Assembly: GCA_973895155.1 (NCBI GenBank)
Contig: OZ316893.1
Coordinates: forward strand, 12,416,359-12,480,358
Origin: Marsupella aquatica
Lineage: Eukaryota > Plantae > Marchantiophyta
Direction of reading: 5' to 3'
Length of the DNA: 64,000 nt
Below, one piece after another: positions 13,001 to 27,286 of the stretch. The position numbers and the translations under genes were made by a program. Below the pieces are notes generated by a model that saw nothing but the letters and a program-made list of their open reading frames with translations, did not search any database and had not been told where the DNA came from. Positions within the stretch are counted from its first letter, which is position 1; each line of letters opens with the position of its first letter.

Positions 13001-16000
13001 CAAAAAACTTGTCTTCTGGCTATACTTAGAAGTAAATTCTCGCCTTTGACGAGTAAGTTGTTGGCACCTCCTGCAAAGTACTGGAGACTTCGGACCTTGC
13101 CCAAAAACAAAACCCCCAGTCTGACTTTTTGAAAGGTTGGGTGGGTCACTTCCTATTGGAACCTCGGACTATGGGTGATCTTTCCTAAGCTGGGTCTACC
13201 ATGGTAGTCTAATAAGCTCTAGGAACCGCGGTAAGTGATGACCAGAGAAAACATTTTTATACATTACTCAGCCCAAACATGAGAATCTTTGTGCAAATTG
13301 GAGAGGGAATTAAATTACACGGGAAAATCTCAGTGCTTCAGGGTTGGATAAATGGTAGTGCAAAAAGAATGTCCCATCTTAAAATATTTACAGCCAGAGA
13401 ACGAATTTGTTCCTTCTTTCATACAATCAAGGGGTTCGCTGATCAAACTAGTGAAAGAAGTTCAACTACTTTGGCCGGCAGGACACAATTTGCAGAAACA
13501 TAGCTGCAAAGAGAAGAACCACAACCAAACAAGGTGAGCTTTTGTGTCTGGCTTGAATGTTGATGGCTTTTAGTGAGGGCTATTGTGGGATGGACTCACC
13601 CTACCCCTGGTTGGCTCTCATAGGTTCTGGAGTTTTGGTGTGGGTGGCTGTTGTCTGGGGTGCCCTTTTGCTCTGCTGCCGTGACCTTTTCCCTGGTCTC
13701 CTTGGTGAGTTGTCCCCTTAGTTTGTGTTGGACTGGTTTTTGGTCTTGTTTGCTTCTCCGCGTATGTGGGGTTTTTGCGGAGTTGATCAACATATGAAAA
13801 ATTCCCAGGAAAAACTTTAAATGAAATGTCACACCTCAATCCACTTTACACTAAAGAAGAGAATTTTAAAAAGCTTAAAGTGAGGAAACGAGTAAAACAA
13901 AAATGCTAGCAATCAGCTATTAAAACCACTTTTTTTACTTCAAGGGGCAACTGTACCCTACGATTGTTCCAGGTTGATTCCTTACTTAACTCATTGGCAG
14001 GATCTGTTCAAGGGGTGTATATTTATCAATTTCCTCAATTGAAGGAAAGAGGAACAAACATCAATATTAAGAATATAATTATTAATATTATTGCTATGGC
14101 CCATGGATCTTGGTGACTTTGCAAGCCCAAGCTTGTCCAATTCATCATCGCACTTTAGCAGTGGGCACCACAGCCCCACTTGAGGTGAGAACATTCATCT
14201 CTCATTGGCGGACTTAGTCACTACTATCGATGTGGACCATTGGTTTCTTAGAGTGTAACCTTTTTGGCTAGAGTAATGTAATATACATACATATGTATAA
14301 TAACATATGTAATAATTCCATGCTTTTTCTAGGCGGAGCACACTGTCTTGTTAGTACTTTTTTATGTAGTCCTTGCTGACCTTTTCTTTCCTAATTAGAG
14401 TTTTTGGTAAAGTGACAGACACCAGGCAAGTCCGTTATTTTGAGTCACGTTCAGGGTGAGTTAAACTTCCAACTCAAGGTCCACATTTGTCTGTTTGAAT
14501 AGGGGTTTACATGTTAGGTTATGTCTCTAGTATAACCTATTTATTTTCATAGTACTAGCTAGGCTTCAGCAGACTAGCATAGCACTAGTTTGAGTTCCAG
14601 ATTCCCATAGACCATGGGAGGGGGTATACCCAAAGGGACACAAACTTGTGCTCACACTTGAAGGTTCATTCTTTGGGGGAGTGAGTGAGGAGGTGAGAGG
14701 AGGAGTTCTAGCATGTTGACTATGGAGCGGGTATGATCACGTTGAGTGTTATTGGATTTTTCTCACGGCTTTGGACGTAGCTAGATGGGGTGAACCACGT
14801 ACCTTCAGTGTCAGAGTCTATGGATGTTGTTCACATATTTTGACATTATTTTGTTCAGTCTAGATTTATTCTCAACATTATATTCCCAAAAGTTACAAGA
14901 GTGTCTTTACCCCAAGTCACCAAGAGTTCTTCTGTTGAACTTCAAGAGCTCGAATGGGAACTTTGTGGACAGTAAGCAAAAGAGATTTCATGAACAAACT
15001 TCATGCAGACTGGGTGATGGGCCTAGGTGCAACTTTGATGTGCAGTTCATAAATACGTTTTTGAGCAATTTATTGCACAGTCTGCCTCATTGCAGAGTCA
15101 GCCATGAGCAATCTGGACATTGCTCACAAGGAAGGGGGGGGGGGTATGCTATGGTGCTTGCTATGGTGGAGTTGATATTGATACCTCACATTACAGAGGC
15201 ATCCTCATTGCCACATGCTCCCAGCCAAAGCTTAGGAGCCCTAGACAACCCAACTTAAGTTTTGTGAGTCAGCAGCTCTAATGGTAGCTCTTACTTTCAC
15301 TCATTTATGGGCTTAATTCACCACAAATTTATGTTTCGCCCTGTACATTTAAGTATATTTCTATCTGTTTAGTTGGGGAATTCACACATTCAAGTAAACA
15401 GATAGATACAGATTTCAGAAATGGGTTGTTAATGAACCACATCAGCTATCAGTCACCCATATCATTGAAGCTTTGCAGCCTTGCCAAATTTGAACCTCGT
15501 TTTGGTGGTCTACTTCTTCTTCGGGTGGCCTTGCCGAGTCAAAAAAAATCCACACAGCTGATCTCGCTGACTCCTTTTCTCACTCAATGGCCTTGCCAAA
15601 TTGGACAATTTATACACGACTCACCTTGCATGTCACGTACCTTTTTATGTGAATTTTTTTAGGGAAAAGTTAGCTCTTTGCTGAGACACTTGTTTAAGTC
15701 GGCAACCCTGCTGAGTTATCTTGGTGGCCTTTGCCAATTAGGAAGGTCCCACCCCCACACAGCTGATGGAGGCAATTAATACCTGATACCAGCGACTGAT
15801 AATAGATGGGTTTGCAACACTCCACATTTTGTTGGTCCTCTTCCAGCATTTCAAAGGGGTGTCCCATTTTATTTATTTATTTTTGGCATGAAATTTTTTC
15901 ATGTGCAAGATATTTTTGGTCCTTCCGGCACAGTGCCATAGTACTTTGAATATTTTCTAAAGCAGCTATAGATTACGGTCAATCACCAAAGTGGGGTCTA

Positions 16001-16589
16001 GTAGTCAGCTCAGGTGGTCAGGAATAACTTTTGACCAGCAGTTCTCAAGTTCAATCACTACTCAAACAGTTTTGCTCTGCATCTAATGGGATTTGCGTTG
16101 AACAGCTTTGGGTGGGTCAGATAATTGTGAGAATTATATAAAATATATGCAAAAATACAAACCAATGGTTTTCTTGCTTGCAAGCTACAATAGTTGTGCA
16201 AATTTTTCAAAGGCATTGTCCACTTCAGAACAAACCAGAAACTCTAACAAAAACTATGATGATCCAAATTCAAAACAATAATGCCTGTCCATATAATACA
16301 GTCAAAACATTATATGATAAAATGGACACATCAGTGTCTAGACAAGTCTGCTAGTAATATCATAATTAAATGGCACACAAACAGAACTATTGCTCAAACT
16401 ATTGTAGTTTGTATGATCAACTCTTTGACATTCCAATGTCCATCCACTGTACAACAATGTCGAGGTGAGGCAAAGAAGTGTTGCCTTTCCATCCGTTTTG
16501 TCTATGCCATCATGTTGTGGTTGTGGGAGTGTCATTGTTCAATTTGGTTGGGTGGTTGTTGTACGTTACTCAATTATTACCATTCTAGT

Positions 16590-18185
16590 TGATGTTGTTA
16601 GTGGTGGACCTTGCCACCCAGCGCCCTCACCAATCCTAGCACCCACGCCTAAGTGCCCCTGGTGCCCAAACACCTCCATGAAATACCTCAAGCAAGCAAC
16701 TTGATGCCACTTGCACCGTCTGCGGCCCCTCCCATACGAAGTGACACTTGCTCTCCAACACGACCACTACTCAACGGTTCTCACTGTCTGCACAAGCAAC
16801 CAAGTGTCTCGGTAAATAACCCCTCAGGATCTAGAACTCCCAATTCTAGCATCCTAACTCAGCTCAACGGACATTGGTAAGTAGGTCAGCAATAGGTCCT
16901 CTCAATGCCCTAAGCTGGAACCAGAACAGGCACCCACTATTCGTCCAGAACAACTCCTGCCTTGGGCGTGGCCCAAGTTCCCCTCATACCTATCCATCAC
17001 CAACTGACCACCCTGCCCCCTGGACACGCTCATGGCCCAAGTAGCATAGCTTGTCCTAAGGCTTGTCCCAACACGTCAAGACCAGAATGGCCCCGACTCT
17101 AGCAACCAACTCCCGGTTCTTGCCCCACTGATGATCTAGGGGCCAAGTGCCCTTGGAACTCAACCTCCACGCCTACTTGGCCTTGCCTCCCAAACGCAAA
17201 CTCTCTTGAGAAACTGAATACGGCTTGGCTAGTACTGTTTTGATAGGATTTGGCAAGCGAACGAGATAGCCCCACAAACCCCAAGAACCCTTGGCACCCC
17301 CAAACCCAGATGATCTCAAGAGGACGTAGTCCTCCTTGAGAGTTTTCCAACGCACTCAAGAAGTTCTCCAACGGACTTCCCGTTGGGAAGTTATCGTCGT
17401 TTCCGTTTGGCGTTTTTCCTAAGTATCGCAATCATCGCGGCTCACGACTTTGGCTCGCCTTTAGCCCCCAGGGAGACACCACTCCCCTCATATATGCTTC
17501 TGGAGACCTACCACCCTGGACCAACTTTGGTCCCCAAATTTTGGCCCCCCACCTGGACCCCAACCTGAATGTCTGGGTGCGTCACCGACAATGCCCATAA
17601 CTTTCTAGTTAGGCGTCCGCAAGCGGAGTGCCTTAGCTTGTTATGATCAGGACGACCCAATGCTCATGCCTAGGCCCTCAGATCCCATTTTTGCCCGAGA
17701 CCCCCGATTGGCCAAACCCGGATTGGACCATAACTGATGCCCTAAGCGTCCGTTGCCCATGGAGTCAACTCCATTGGCCTTGGGCCCAAGAGGAGCTCTC
17801 ACTCAAGTCCTCATAGCTCAAAGTCCGTCTGGGGGTCCGAACGGTCGACCTTGAGCCCGGCCCTTTTCCCCTTGACCCGACCAGCCCTCAGCTAGTCTAA
17901 GTCTTTAGTGTGTGTCACTAGCTTAGCGCCTTGCCATTGCTAGTGCTACATCCCATTGCCCACAAGTCTCCCCATGCTAAGTACTCCTCGGATGGCCTAT
18001 CCGGGCTTAGACCATAAGGGAGCTCGGCGTCGGAGTCAACGACGCCGGAGTTAAGTGTTAAGGTAGTCAAGTTCCGTGACTTTGTTGTTGCAAAAGCTAT
18101 GTTGGGGAGGGCAAGGGTGATGGCACAAGAGGACGGGCGGGGCTTCGAGGGTTCACTCCACGAAAATGATACATCACGTGCGACA
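16590..18185. mobile_element. Possible solo LTR or retrotransposon remnant
   Basis: GC-richer island with sharp edges, ending ..GTGCGACA. GCCCATAACTTT/GGACCATAACT motifs resemble the LTR-side motif at 45551. No TSD found. Confidence 0.3.
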
Positions 18186-21100
18186 AAGGATAGGGTTATT
18201 TCATTTGTTCTAAGGAAAGACTTAAGAATTTTCTTAGAAGAATAATAGTCTTTTAAATCCAATTTTGATACTTATAAGAACATTAGTGTATTTTTATCAA
18301 AATTTGGGAATATTCCAAGAACATTCCAACTTTATAGGGGTAAGCAAAAACCCATTCTCGCATTAGAGATGCAAGTGGAGCATAAGTGTCTGGTCTCTGG
18401 TCTGGCAGGGGAATGAACATGAGGCCCGCTGGTTCCTAAAACACTCTTGGGTGGTGACATACTATGCTGTTCTGAAAAGGCCAGAAAATTTGGAGGTCTA
18501 AACTGAGTTGTCAAATTGTTTCTTTGACAGTTCTAGATGCATTTTGGTTTCCTATTGCTGAAAAATGAGTTGTCAACTATTGTCACATACGGACTGTAAC
18601 TATGATCCCTGGGTAGAAATTCATATTTGATGCGACAATGTCCTGCCCAAAGATGTTTTGCTCTTGTATGTAGGTGGCATAACTTGCAAGAGTAGAATGT
18701 CAAAGTGATATCAATGGCAAAGAAACTATCCTTAGTTATCACTAAAGTTTTTGTTTTCTCCTTGTCCTTCAATATTCTGGACACCATTACTGTTGCAACA
18801 TGATATACTATGCCAATGAGATACGCTTGGAATAACTTGGCCTTGGGGGCTTCTCACCAACACTTTTATAAAACTGTGCAACTTCCATTAGGTTGGAAAA
18901 CTTGTTTTTCCATTTAAACTTAACTTGTCCTTTAGGAGTGGTATGTGGGCCTATCCTATGTGAATCTCGAAAGAAAAAATCTTCCACATTTACCAACATT
19001 GATTAAAGCTGAGGCATCAAGTTTGACTGGCTCTGCCGCACAGGCTAAGTCCTATCCTACGTGAAAAAAGGAAAAAGAAAACTGCAAAGACTAATAAAGG
19101 CTAGCACATAGTCAATTTTAAAAAATAAAAATAAAAATAAATGTAAATTACTTTTAACTCCAATTTGTTTTTGTTGTGGTGTGGGTCCTCATTCTTTGGG
19201 ATATAGTATATTTTTTTCATCATGATTCTTCTAGTAGCTACAAGTGGAAAGAAACAGAATTCTCTTGGTATTGGCAACTAGAAACAAAGAAAAAGCCCAT
19301 CGGTGTAGAATCAATATGGGAGTTGGAGAGAGAGGCTACGTAGAGCAACCTTGGGAGGATAAGCACTTGTTTTCTTCCTTTTTTTTAATGCATACTTTAC
19401 TAACTATAAATATGCAAGAACTATTCTTCCTAGAGTTGAGACTGTTGGTTTTGAGGTTTCTAGACAAATTCCTCCTCAGGACCCTCCTGTAGGGTTTACT
19501 CCAAAGCATTACCATAAGTTTCAGTTTGTTTATCTGTTTGGCTTGGCATTGCCGGGGACTCTTGAGCATTCGGCTCTTTGGTCTTTCTAGGTTTCTCCCT
19601 GGTTTCTCCTTTTGTGGGTCTCCTGCCTTTGGTATTCTGTCTCCTTAGTTACACACTTTTTGTTCATTGGCAGTATCCTAAACTAAAATACACAGTTGCG
19701 CCAAAAAATGGCGTGGTCATCATTCAAATTTGGAGTGTCCTTTTGGGTGATAATAATTGAAACCTGCAAATATGGAACCAATAAGGGAAAAAAAAAAAAA
19801 AGTGAAAAAACCTGGTACAGGCGTGTGTGCACATGGTGTGCACAAACCAGGTACACAAAGATGCACAAGACAGGTATTATTGTACTTTCAGGTACAGAAT
19901 ATGAGCTCATTACTCTTGGGAACCCAGGTACAAGGTACAAAAGGGATAGAGGTACTCTAGAGAGGTACAGTTGTACCAGCAGAGTTTTCTTTCCCTTTGG
20001 AGTTTAAAGTTCTCTATTCCAAGCCTATGTGAGCTCATAAGGGCTCCTGGCATTTAATGAGAACTTTTATGCAACAACAATTACTGAATGGCCAGGAGAG
20101 TGAAGAGGAAGCGATGATAACTCCTGACACGACCCTGGCCCTAGCCTTACCCTGGCCCTAGCCTCTATCCAGTAAATGTATTTTTTTGGTGCAAGCTTTT
20201 GCCAAATTCTACCTCCCCAAAATGTGTTCACCACTTTTTCCGCCACTTTTGCCAAAAATTTGCTAGATTTTTTGCATACCATTGGCCACTCTCCCACCAA
20301 ATCATGGACCTCATTTGCCAAAATCTAACGATTGTATGTAAATCTAGGGATATCTGACGAATAGGATATAATTCAAGAAAAATTGTGGAAGAATACTCCT
20401 AGCATCTCCTACGTTTGAGAGGCTGACATTTGCCACATTGGCTAAAAACAAAAAATTAATGTTTTAAACCCGGGACCCCAAAGTCCCATCTCCAACCCTA
20501 ACTCAATCTTGCCCCGGGTTCCAACTCCCCAACAACCCCTCAGTTGTTGTTATGTCTTGCCACTTTGTTTACCACAGGAAGAGGCATGGGGTGGGGGCCA
20601 AAATATCTGGACCAAAGTTGGTCTGGGGGTGGCAGGTCCTCCAATATTGAAAAGTGTTGCAAACCACACCACTATCCCAAGGGGGCATGGTATTGGCGAC
20701 TAAGGAGCCGAGTAAACTTGGATCAGGTTACCAAAGGGGTTCCATGCAAGGGGTAGGCAAATTGTTTTGTTGAAAAGTGGGCTGAGTCGTGTCGTTGCCT
20801 CAAGGGGAATTGGCGTTGGGGCGGCCAAAGCCAAGAAAGCGGCCATAGTCAACTTTAATCAAACTAAGCTTAAAGTAACCAAAAAATTGGGGTTACTGAT
20901 GAGGTTCCAAGATATATGCAAGTGCAGGGAAAGGGCCATTGAAAATTCAGCCAAGCAGCGCCGTTACCCTAGGGGGTCTCGACATCGGGGCAGACAACGC
21001 CAATTAAGCTATTGCGGCGACTTTAAGTAAGAAGTTTTAAGTAAGCGGCCAATGATGGTAACTTTCAGCAAAAAGCTTAATAACGTAACAAAAACTTTGG

Positions 21101-21229
21101 GGTTATCAATGGGGCTTCAGGATGCAAGGGGTGGCAAAAAAGTGGCAACAACTTAACAACTTTTTTACTTAACTTAACATGGTTTACTAGCAATATTTTC
21201 AGTTGTACTTAAGAACATCTTTTACTTCA

Positions 21230-22447
21230 CAACTTACATCTTTGTCTAACGACATCCTTTACTTATCGACCATTTTGTACTTAACAAAAAATACTTAATA
21301 ACATCTTTGGTGAAACATCATCTTTTACCTGACGACATCTTAGACATAAAGACATCTTTGGCCCATCGACATCTTTTTACTTCACTACATTTTTCACATA
21401 AGAACATTTTTTCTTCACGACACCTTTGGCAACACGACATCATAGTTCTTAATGACATCTTCTTACTTCACAACATCTTTCACATATTAACGACATCTTT
21501 GGCAACATGGCATCTTTTTTCTTAACGACGTCTTTGGCAACATGACATCTTTTTTCTTAACGAAATCTTTGGCAACACAACATATTTTTTCTTAACGAAA
21601 TCTTTGGCAACATGACACTTTTTTTGTTGACAATATCTTTGGCGAAACAACATATTTTTTCTTAACAACATCTTTTGTGCAACGCACGGGTATTGAGCTA
21701 TCTTTCACATATTAAGGACATATTGGGTGAAACAACGCCTTTTTACTTATAACATCATTTACTTCACAATAACTTAGTTTGGCAAAATGACAACTTTTTC
21801 TTAACGTCATCTTTCACATAATGACATCTTTTACATTTTGGGCAACACAAAATCTTTTGTGCAATGCACGAGTATTTTTCCTCAATGACGTCTTGGCCAA
21901 CACGACATCTGTTTTCTCAATGACGTCTTGGCCGACACAACATCTTTTTTCTTAGTGACGTCTTGCCCGACACAACATCTTTTCTCTCAACAACGTCTTG
22001 GCCAACATGACATATTTTTTCTCAACGACTTCTTTGCCAACACGACATCCTTTGTCTCAATGACTTCTTGGCCGATACGACGTCTTTTTTATCAATGAGA
22101 TCTTGGCCGACACGACATCGATTTTCTCAACGACCTCTTGGCCAATACAACATTTTTTCTCAACAATCTCTTGGTCGACACGACATCTTTTTTCTCAACC
22201 AATTCATGGCCGACATGACATCTTGGTCGACACGACATCTTTTGTTCTGAACGACCTCTTGGCCGACACGACATCATTTGTTATCACCGACATTTTGGCC
22301 GACATGACATGTTTTGTTCTCAACAACATCTTGGGCAACACGACATCTTTCTTCTCAACAACCTCTTGGCCGACATGATCACTTTTGTTCTCAATGACAT
22401 CTTGGCCGTGACGACATCTTTTGTGCAACGCACGGGTATATAGCTAG
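21230..22447 (+). mobile_element. Non-autonomous Helitron-like 3' portion containing a ~35-bp minisatellite
   Basis: Array of CTTGGCCGACACGACATCTTTTTTCTCAACGAC-like units, ending GTGCAACGCACGGGTATATAGCTAG|T (subterminal hairpin, then CTAG at 22444-22447 followed by T), the canonical plant Helitron 3' end. Confidence 0.7.
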
Positions 22448-24289
22448 TGATAAATAATAACACTGGTTTTCTTTCATCGTGCCTTAATGTTAGTCTCGGA
22501 AAGGCTAGGTCAAAAGTGTGCCCTTGTTTGTTATTAATGAAAGAAACATATTGCTCGGCCAGTTGTGATCTGGCCATCTACCCTGCCATATGGCCATCTC
22601 CCTTGTTGTTCTAGGGTCTAAAATTTCTCTGTCACCCTGGCTTTTTGCTATGGAGGAGGGGAGTTTTCCTTTTTCTTTGGGGTAAATTTGATTTTTCCTC
22701 ACTGTTTATTCTTTTTCTTTTAAATCATATTGGAGGAAGGGAGGGACCTGGGGAGGGAGGGAGAGCAGGAGGAGAGAAAAGGGAGGGTGCAGGACAGAGA
22801 AAAGAAAAGAAAAGAAGAAGAAAAGAAGAAGAAAAAAATGTTCTCCCTCCACATAGTGTAAGGCAACCACGCTTGATCGTGAGAACCCCCCTGCTGATAT
22901 CCCCTGTCTTGAGCCGCCCCCTCCCAATGACAACATGGTCGCAACATCAATTGTGCAACACACAGGCATTGGGCTATACAACATTATATCGGAGTAGTTT
23001 ATACAATATTATACATGGTCATGATCAAAAACTGTAATATATGATGTCGCCCACACAGGCCATGTTGTCTGTTTCAGGAAATAAGCAGGACTGCCAGTGA
23101 CTAAACTACACACTCATTCTTGACAACACTTTGCGAATGTCAACATAGCTGGGATGATGACATGGCCATAACAACACATAAGATGTCTCAGCCACTTCCT
23201 TACCTCACTTGCATTCTTTGCATTGCCTTGATATCTTCCGTGCAATGCTCACATTGGGTTAGTAAGTATATATTAATCTTAATTGAAACCTAGTTATACG
23301 GCCCACTATCTTGAGGGAAGCCTCTAGACTGGGGCATAAAGGTGCGCTGCAGGTCAAAAACAGGGATTGAGGGAAGTCATTGGAAAACCTATGAACGTGG
23401 ATGGTAAAGAATGTTTTTAAAATATAGACAGAACCATCCCTAACTTTTTAAATTTCTGTTGGAAGTAAGTTTTTAGTGTTACCTTCACATAGGTAGAGGG
23501 TGCTGTTGATAATTCTCTACCTTCCTCCCTAGCTAACCAGAGCCCATTCACCCATTGTACTATGTGCAAAGCACTAAACTTGACATTCAAGATTCACTAA
23601 GAGTTTGTAACTTGATTTCAATTTCTGGTTAACACAAACCCAGCTCCTGATTGTAATATGTATCACCCGGGGTATCACCTTACCTCATAAAGCTCATAAT
23701 GATCCCTATCCGATACTATTATCCTAGTCTGTTAATACTTTTTGCAAATTTTCCTTATTTGTGTGTTTGGTATGTCACTATTCATCCCCAGTTCTTTTCC
23801 TTCTTAGTTCATTAATCATCAAGCATTTAATATTCTTGAATAAAAGAAGATATGTATTTTTAAAATTTTTCCAACAAAACAAAACAAGAATAGAATCAGC
23901 CCACATTTGATATTCTTTGAATTCAATGAGACAAATATAATTTCTGAACCCCCATGGTGAGTTTTTCCAGAACTTCTTGGCACCAGGTGCAGCCACATCA
24001 TCACATTCGGCCACAAACAGGAACAATCATGTTTTCAGCAAGAAACAAACACAATTGTTCATGTTTATGCAAGGCAAGGAAAAACAGTTTGACCTAGTAA
24101 CAGTTAAAAAGATGAAAAAAACTGAATTCTAACTTTTAAACAACAAACAATGTGATAAAACAAAGTGTCTTGTCAATGATATGTTAGTGTACTAGATCAA
24201 AATGCTTGTATTTCTAATTGTTTGCAAAATTTTGAAAACACCAACAGATAAAAACCCCTTGGATTACACAATGTATAACAACATATATA

Positions 24290-25450
24290 TTCAATCTCCT
24301 TAGCACTTGACAATACGTGCCAATGTTAGGTTCATTCAAAATTAGCTAGAGAATTTCAGAACTTGTGATCTCCTTAGTACTTGACAAAATCTCCCAATGT
24401 CACATTCATTGGAAAATTTTACAAATTCATAAACTCACAATTTTGTTAAGACTTGACAAAATATGTCAATGTTAGGTCCACCAAAAGCTAGAGAAATTCA
24501 TGATAGTATTTGATAAAATCTCCCAATTTGGAAAGTTAGAGAATTTTTTTTAAAAAATGACCTCCTTAGCACTTGACAAAATTTGACATGAAATTTGTCA
24601 ATGTCAGACTCATTCAAAAGCTAGAGAAATTCATAACTCATGATCTTTGTAGTACTTGACAAAATCTCTCAATGTTGTTGGGAATGACACACTCATTGGA
24701 AAGCAACAAAAAATAATACTCCTCATCTCCTTATTAGTTGACAAAATCTACCAACTTGAGGCTCATTGGAGACCTAGAGAAATTAATAAACTAATGATCT
24801 CCTTGACAAAATTTGCCAATCTGAGATTCAATTAGAAACCTAGAGAAATTAAAATAATCATGATCTACTTAGTAAAATCTGTAAGTGATTTTCTAAAATG
24901 TTTCTAATTGTTCAAAGAAAAACATTTGATTGAGAGATGAGTGAGGAAATTGAAATCACATTTGCTGATGGCATAGCTAGACTTTACATGAAGAGTGGAG
25001 CTATTCAGAAATCCGTGAGCTCTTTAACACTTCATGAAATTTAACAATGTTAGGCTCATTGAGAAGCTCTTTCAAAACCTTTTCTAAGAATTCTCTAAGC
25101 ATGAAAAGTTTTAATAAGAAAGAAAAATTTGTAATCATTTTTGCTGACAACATTGCTAGACTTTCAAGAAATGAAGCATCATTAAACAATTTTTGACAAA
25201 ATTAGACAAAGTTAGGCTCACTTGAGATAGCTTTCCAAAACAATTCTAAGAATTATAAGCCCAAAATGTTTCATCAAGAGGTCAGGGAGAAGCATGAATT
25301 TTTGTTGGCACCATAGCTAGACCATGAAGGAAGAGCAGAGGAATTCCAAAATTTGTGATCTTCTTGATACTTGATGATATTCAATAATGCTAGGCTCATT
25401 GGAAAGCTCTTTCCAAAACATTCTAAGGGTTCTCAGCATATGAGAGATTT
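24290..25450. repeat. Degenerate ~70-bp repeat array
   Basis: Repeated TTGACAAAAT....CAATGTTAGGCTCATTGGAAAGCTAGAGAAATT units. Confidence 0.75.
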
Positions 25451-26457
25451 CATCCATAGACGAGGGAATCATTTGAATAGATTGAGGGCCATTTGAACTC
25501 AAACTTTCAAGTTAATTACTATAAAATGTTGAAAGGAATGAAGAGAAAGAAACTAGTGATGGCACTCCTGGAATGCTTGGCTTGGGTTCATAGTTAGATA
25601 GTAATTTGAAGGTGAGTACTAAGAGATAAAGAATCAAGCCCAACATGGAAAGTATCCAAGATTGAAATTGATCCATATGATCATGAAGGTCCAAGTGATT
25701 CAAAATTCCAGGGAAAAGAAGAATGATCAAGCAATAATATGGAAATAGAAATGGTTTCATCTCCCAGTTAATGTAAGGAGCTCATTCACATGGGCTTCAC
25801 CTTCCATGTTGCTCCATAATCCCACATGCTCTATTCACATGATTATAGTTGGTCAAGTAGGACTCCTACAACAGGGCACACAACTCTGATACAAACATTT
25901 AAGATATTTCTTGAGACTTATGTCCCTTGTTGAATTGTAGATTTCCTGTAGGGAGATGGGAGGGAGGATGGGGTCAGCTAACTTATTAAAAGTTCTAATA
26001 CAACAAATGAGTGATAGAATGGGCCAGTAGTGAGAGAGAATGGGCCAGCTATATCACTATGTTAATAGCGGAAAGGGCCAGCATGTGGCAAATCTAGTCA
26101 AATGCTAGGTTCAATAGGCAAAATGAAACACACAGTAGTACACATACAAAATAAATTAAGGCATGGAATCTTGTTCCTAACTTTCCTGGACTTCTTTGTA
26201 CCCTGCAATGCATTTATGGCATGTAGTTTTGAAAGATGTAATCTCCAAGGGTCAAATATCGCCACGGCTTTTTGCAATGGATCAATGTGCCAATATGGAG
26301 GTGACCTTCAATTAGCCCATTACCAAACAAACATTACCAAAGGTTTACTGACTTGTCCACAATCAAAAATCACAGTCCTCTTACAAACTGGAGTCCATGT
26401 TTAAATGTAGTTAAAACAAGCAAAAAGAAAGTTGTGAGAGGCATTGCTGATAGTTGC

Positions 26458-26608
26458 AAGTATTCACTTCATTGCAGTCATTTAGGTGCCTCCACTCAGC
26501 TTTACTTGTTTGTATTGCAACTTAATGATGATGAAGTATTCACTTCATTGCAGTCATTTGGGTGCCTCCACTCCGCTTTACTTGTTTGTATTGCAACTTA
26601 ATGATGAT
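26458..26608. repeat. 76-bp tandem duplication
   Basis: AAGTATTCACTTCATTGCAGTCATTT.GGTGCCTCCACTC.GCTTTACTTGTTTGTATTGCAACTTAATGATGAT occurs twice. Confidence 0.9.
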
Positions 26609-27286
26609 ACAATGCCAGAAATCCTAAGCATCCTATAAGAAAAGTTAGACACAAAATTGGAATTCTCCCCTCACAAGAGCCTTCAGACTGAAGGAAGAGA
26701 GACAGTACAAGAAACTCCTTTTGATTCACCCTTTGAAGGAAGGAAATAGGACTTCATATGCGCAGGGACAAAGTTAAATGAAGGATCTAGAAGAATATCA
26801 GCACCCAACAGGGACTAGGGGGGGAAAATACATGACAGGAAAACAATTGCGTTGAGACAAGGTGCATAATATGAATAGAAAGAAGATAAAAGACGAAGAT
26901 GGAAGAAATATACAGCCTTCCAGAAAGAGTTTTTAATAAGAACTGTCCAGATGTCACGAGCCCTTCCTGAAGTCCTGGGTGAATTGCAGGGTAGTCCAAA
27001 TCCATCCCTCTTGGAGGATGACAGACATTGGAGATGTTCAAAGAGTTTACTTCTTTACATTCTAGGCATCTATTTTTTCTTAACAATTTTCAACTAGATT
27101 ACAACTTGATATATACGTGTATCACTAATCTATTTTAGCTGCGCATAAGTTAGACCATCAATGACAAAACTCCATCTCATTTGACAGCGAATAAGCAGCG
27201 AATAAATGGGAAGGCATTTGGCCAATATAGGTGTTTTAGTGGCCACAAGGCAATCACCACAAGAACATACCCTGAATGAAGAGACT

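Noticed and set aside
21230-22430. Regular repeat array as a CRISPR
   Set aside because: Units are contiguous and degenerate with no unique spacers, there are no cas genes, and the context is eukaryotic.
25480-25895. CTCTGATACAAA resembling a tRNA-iMet PBS
   Set aside because: Imperfect match with no recognisable gag or LTR adjacent.
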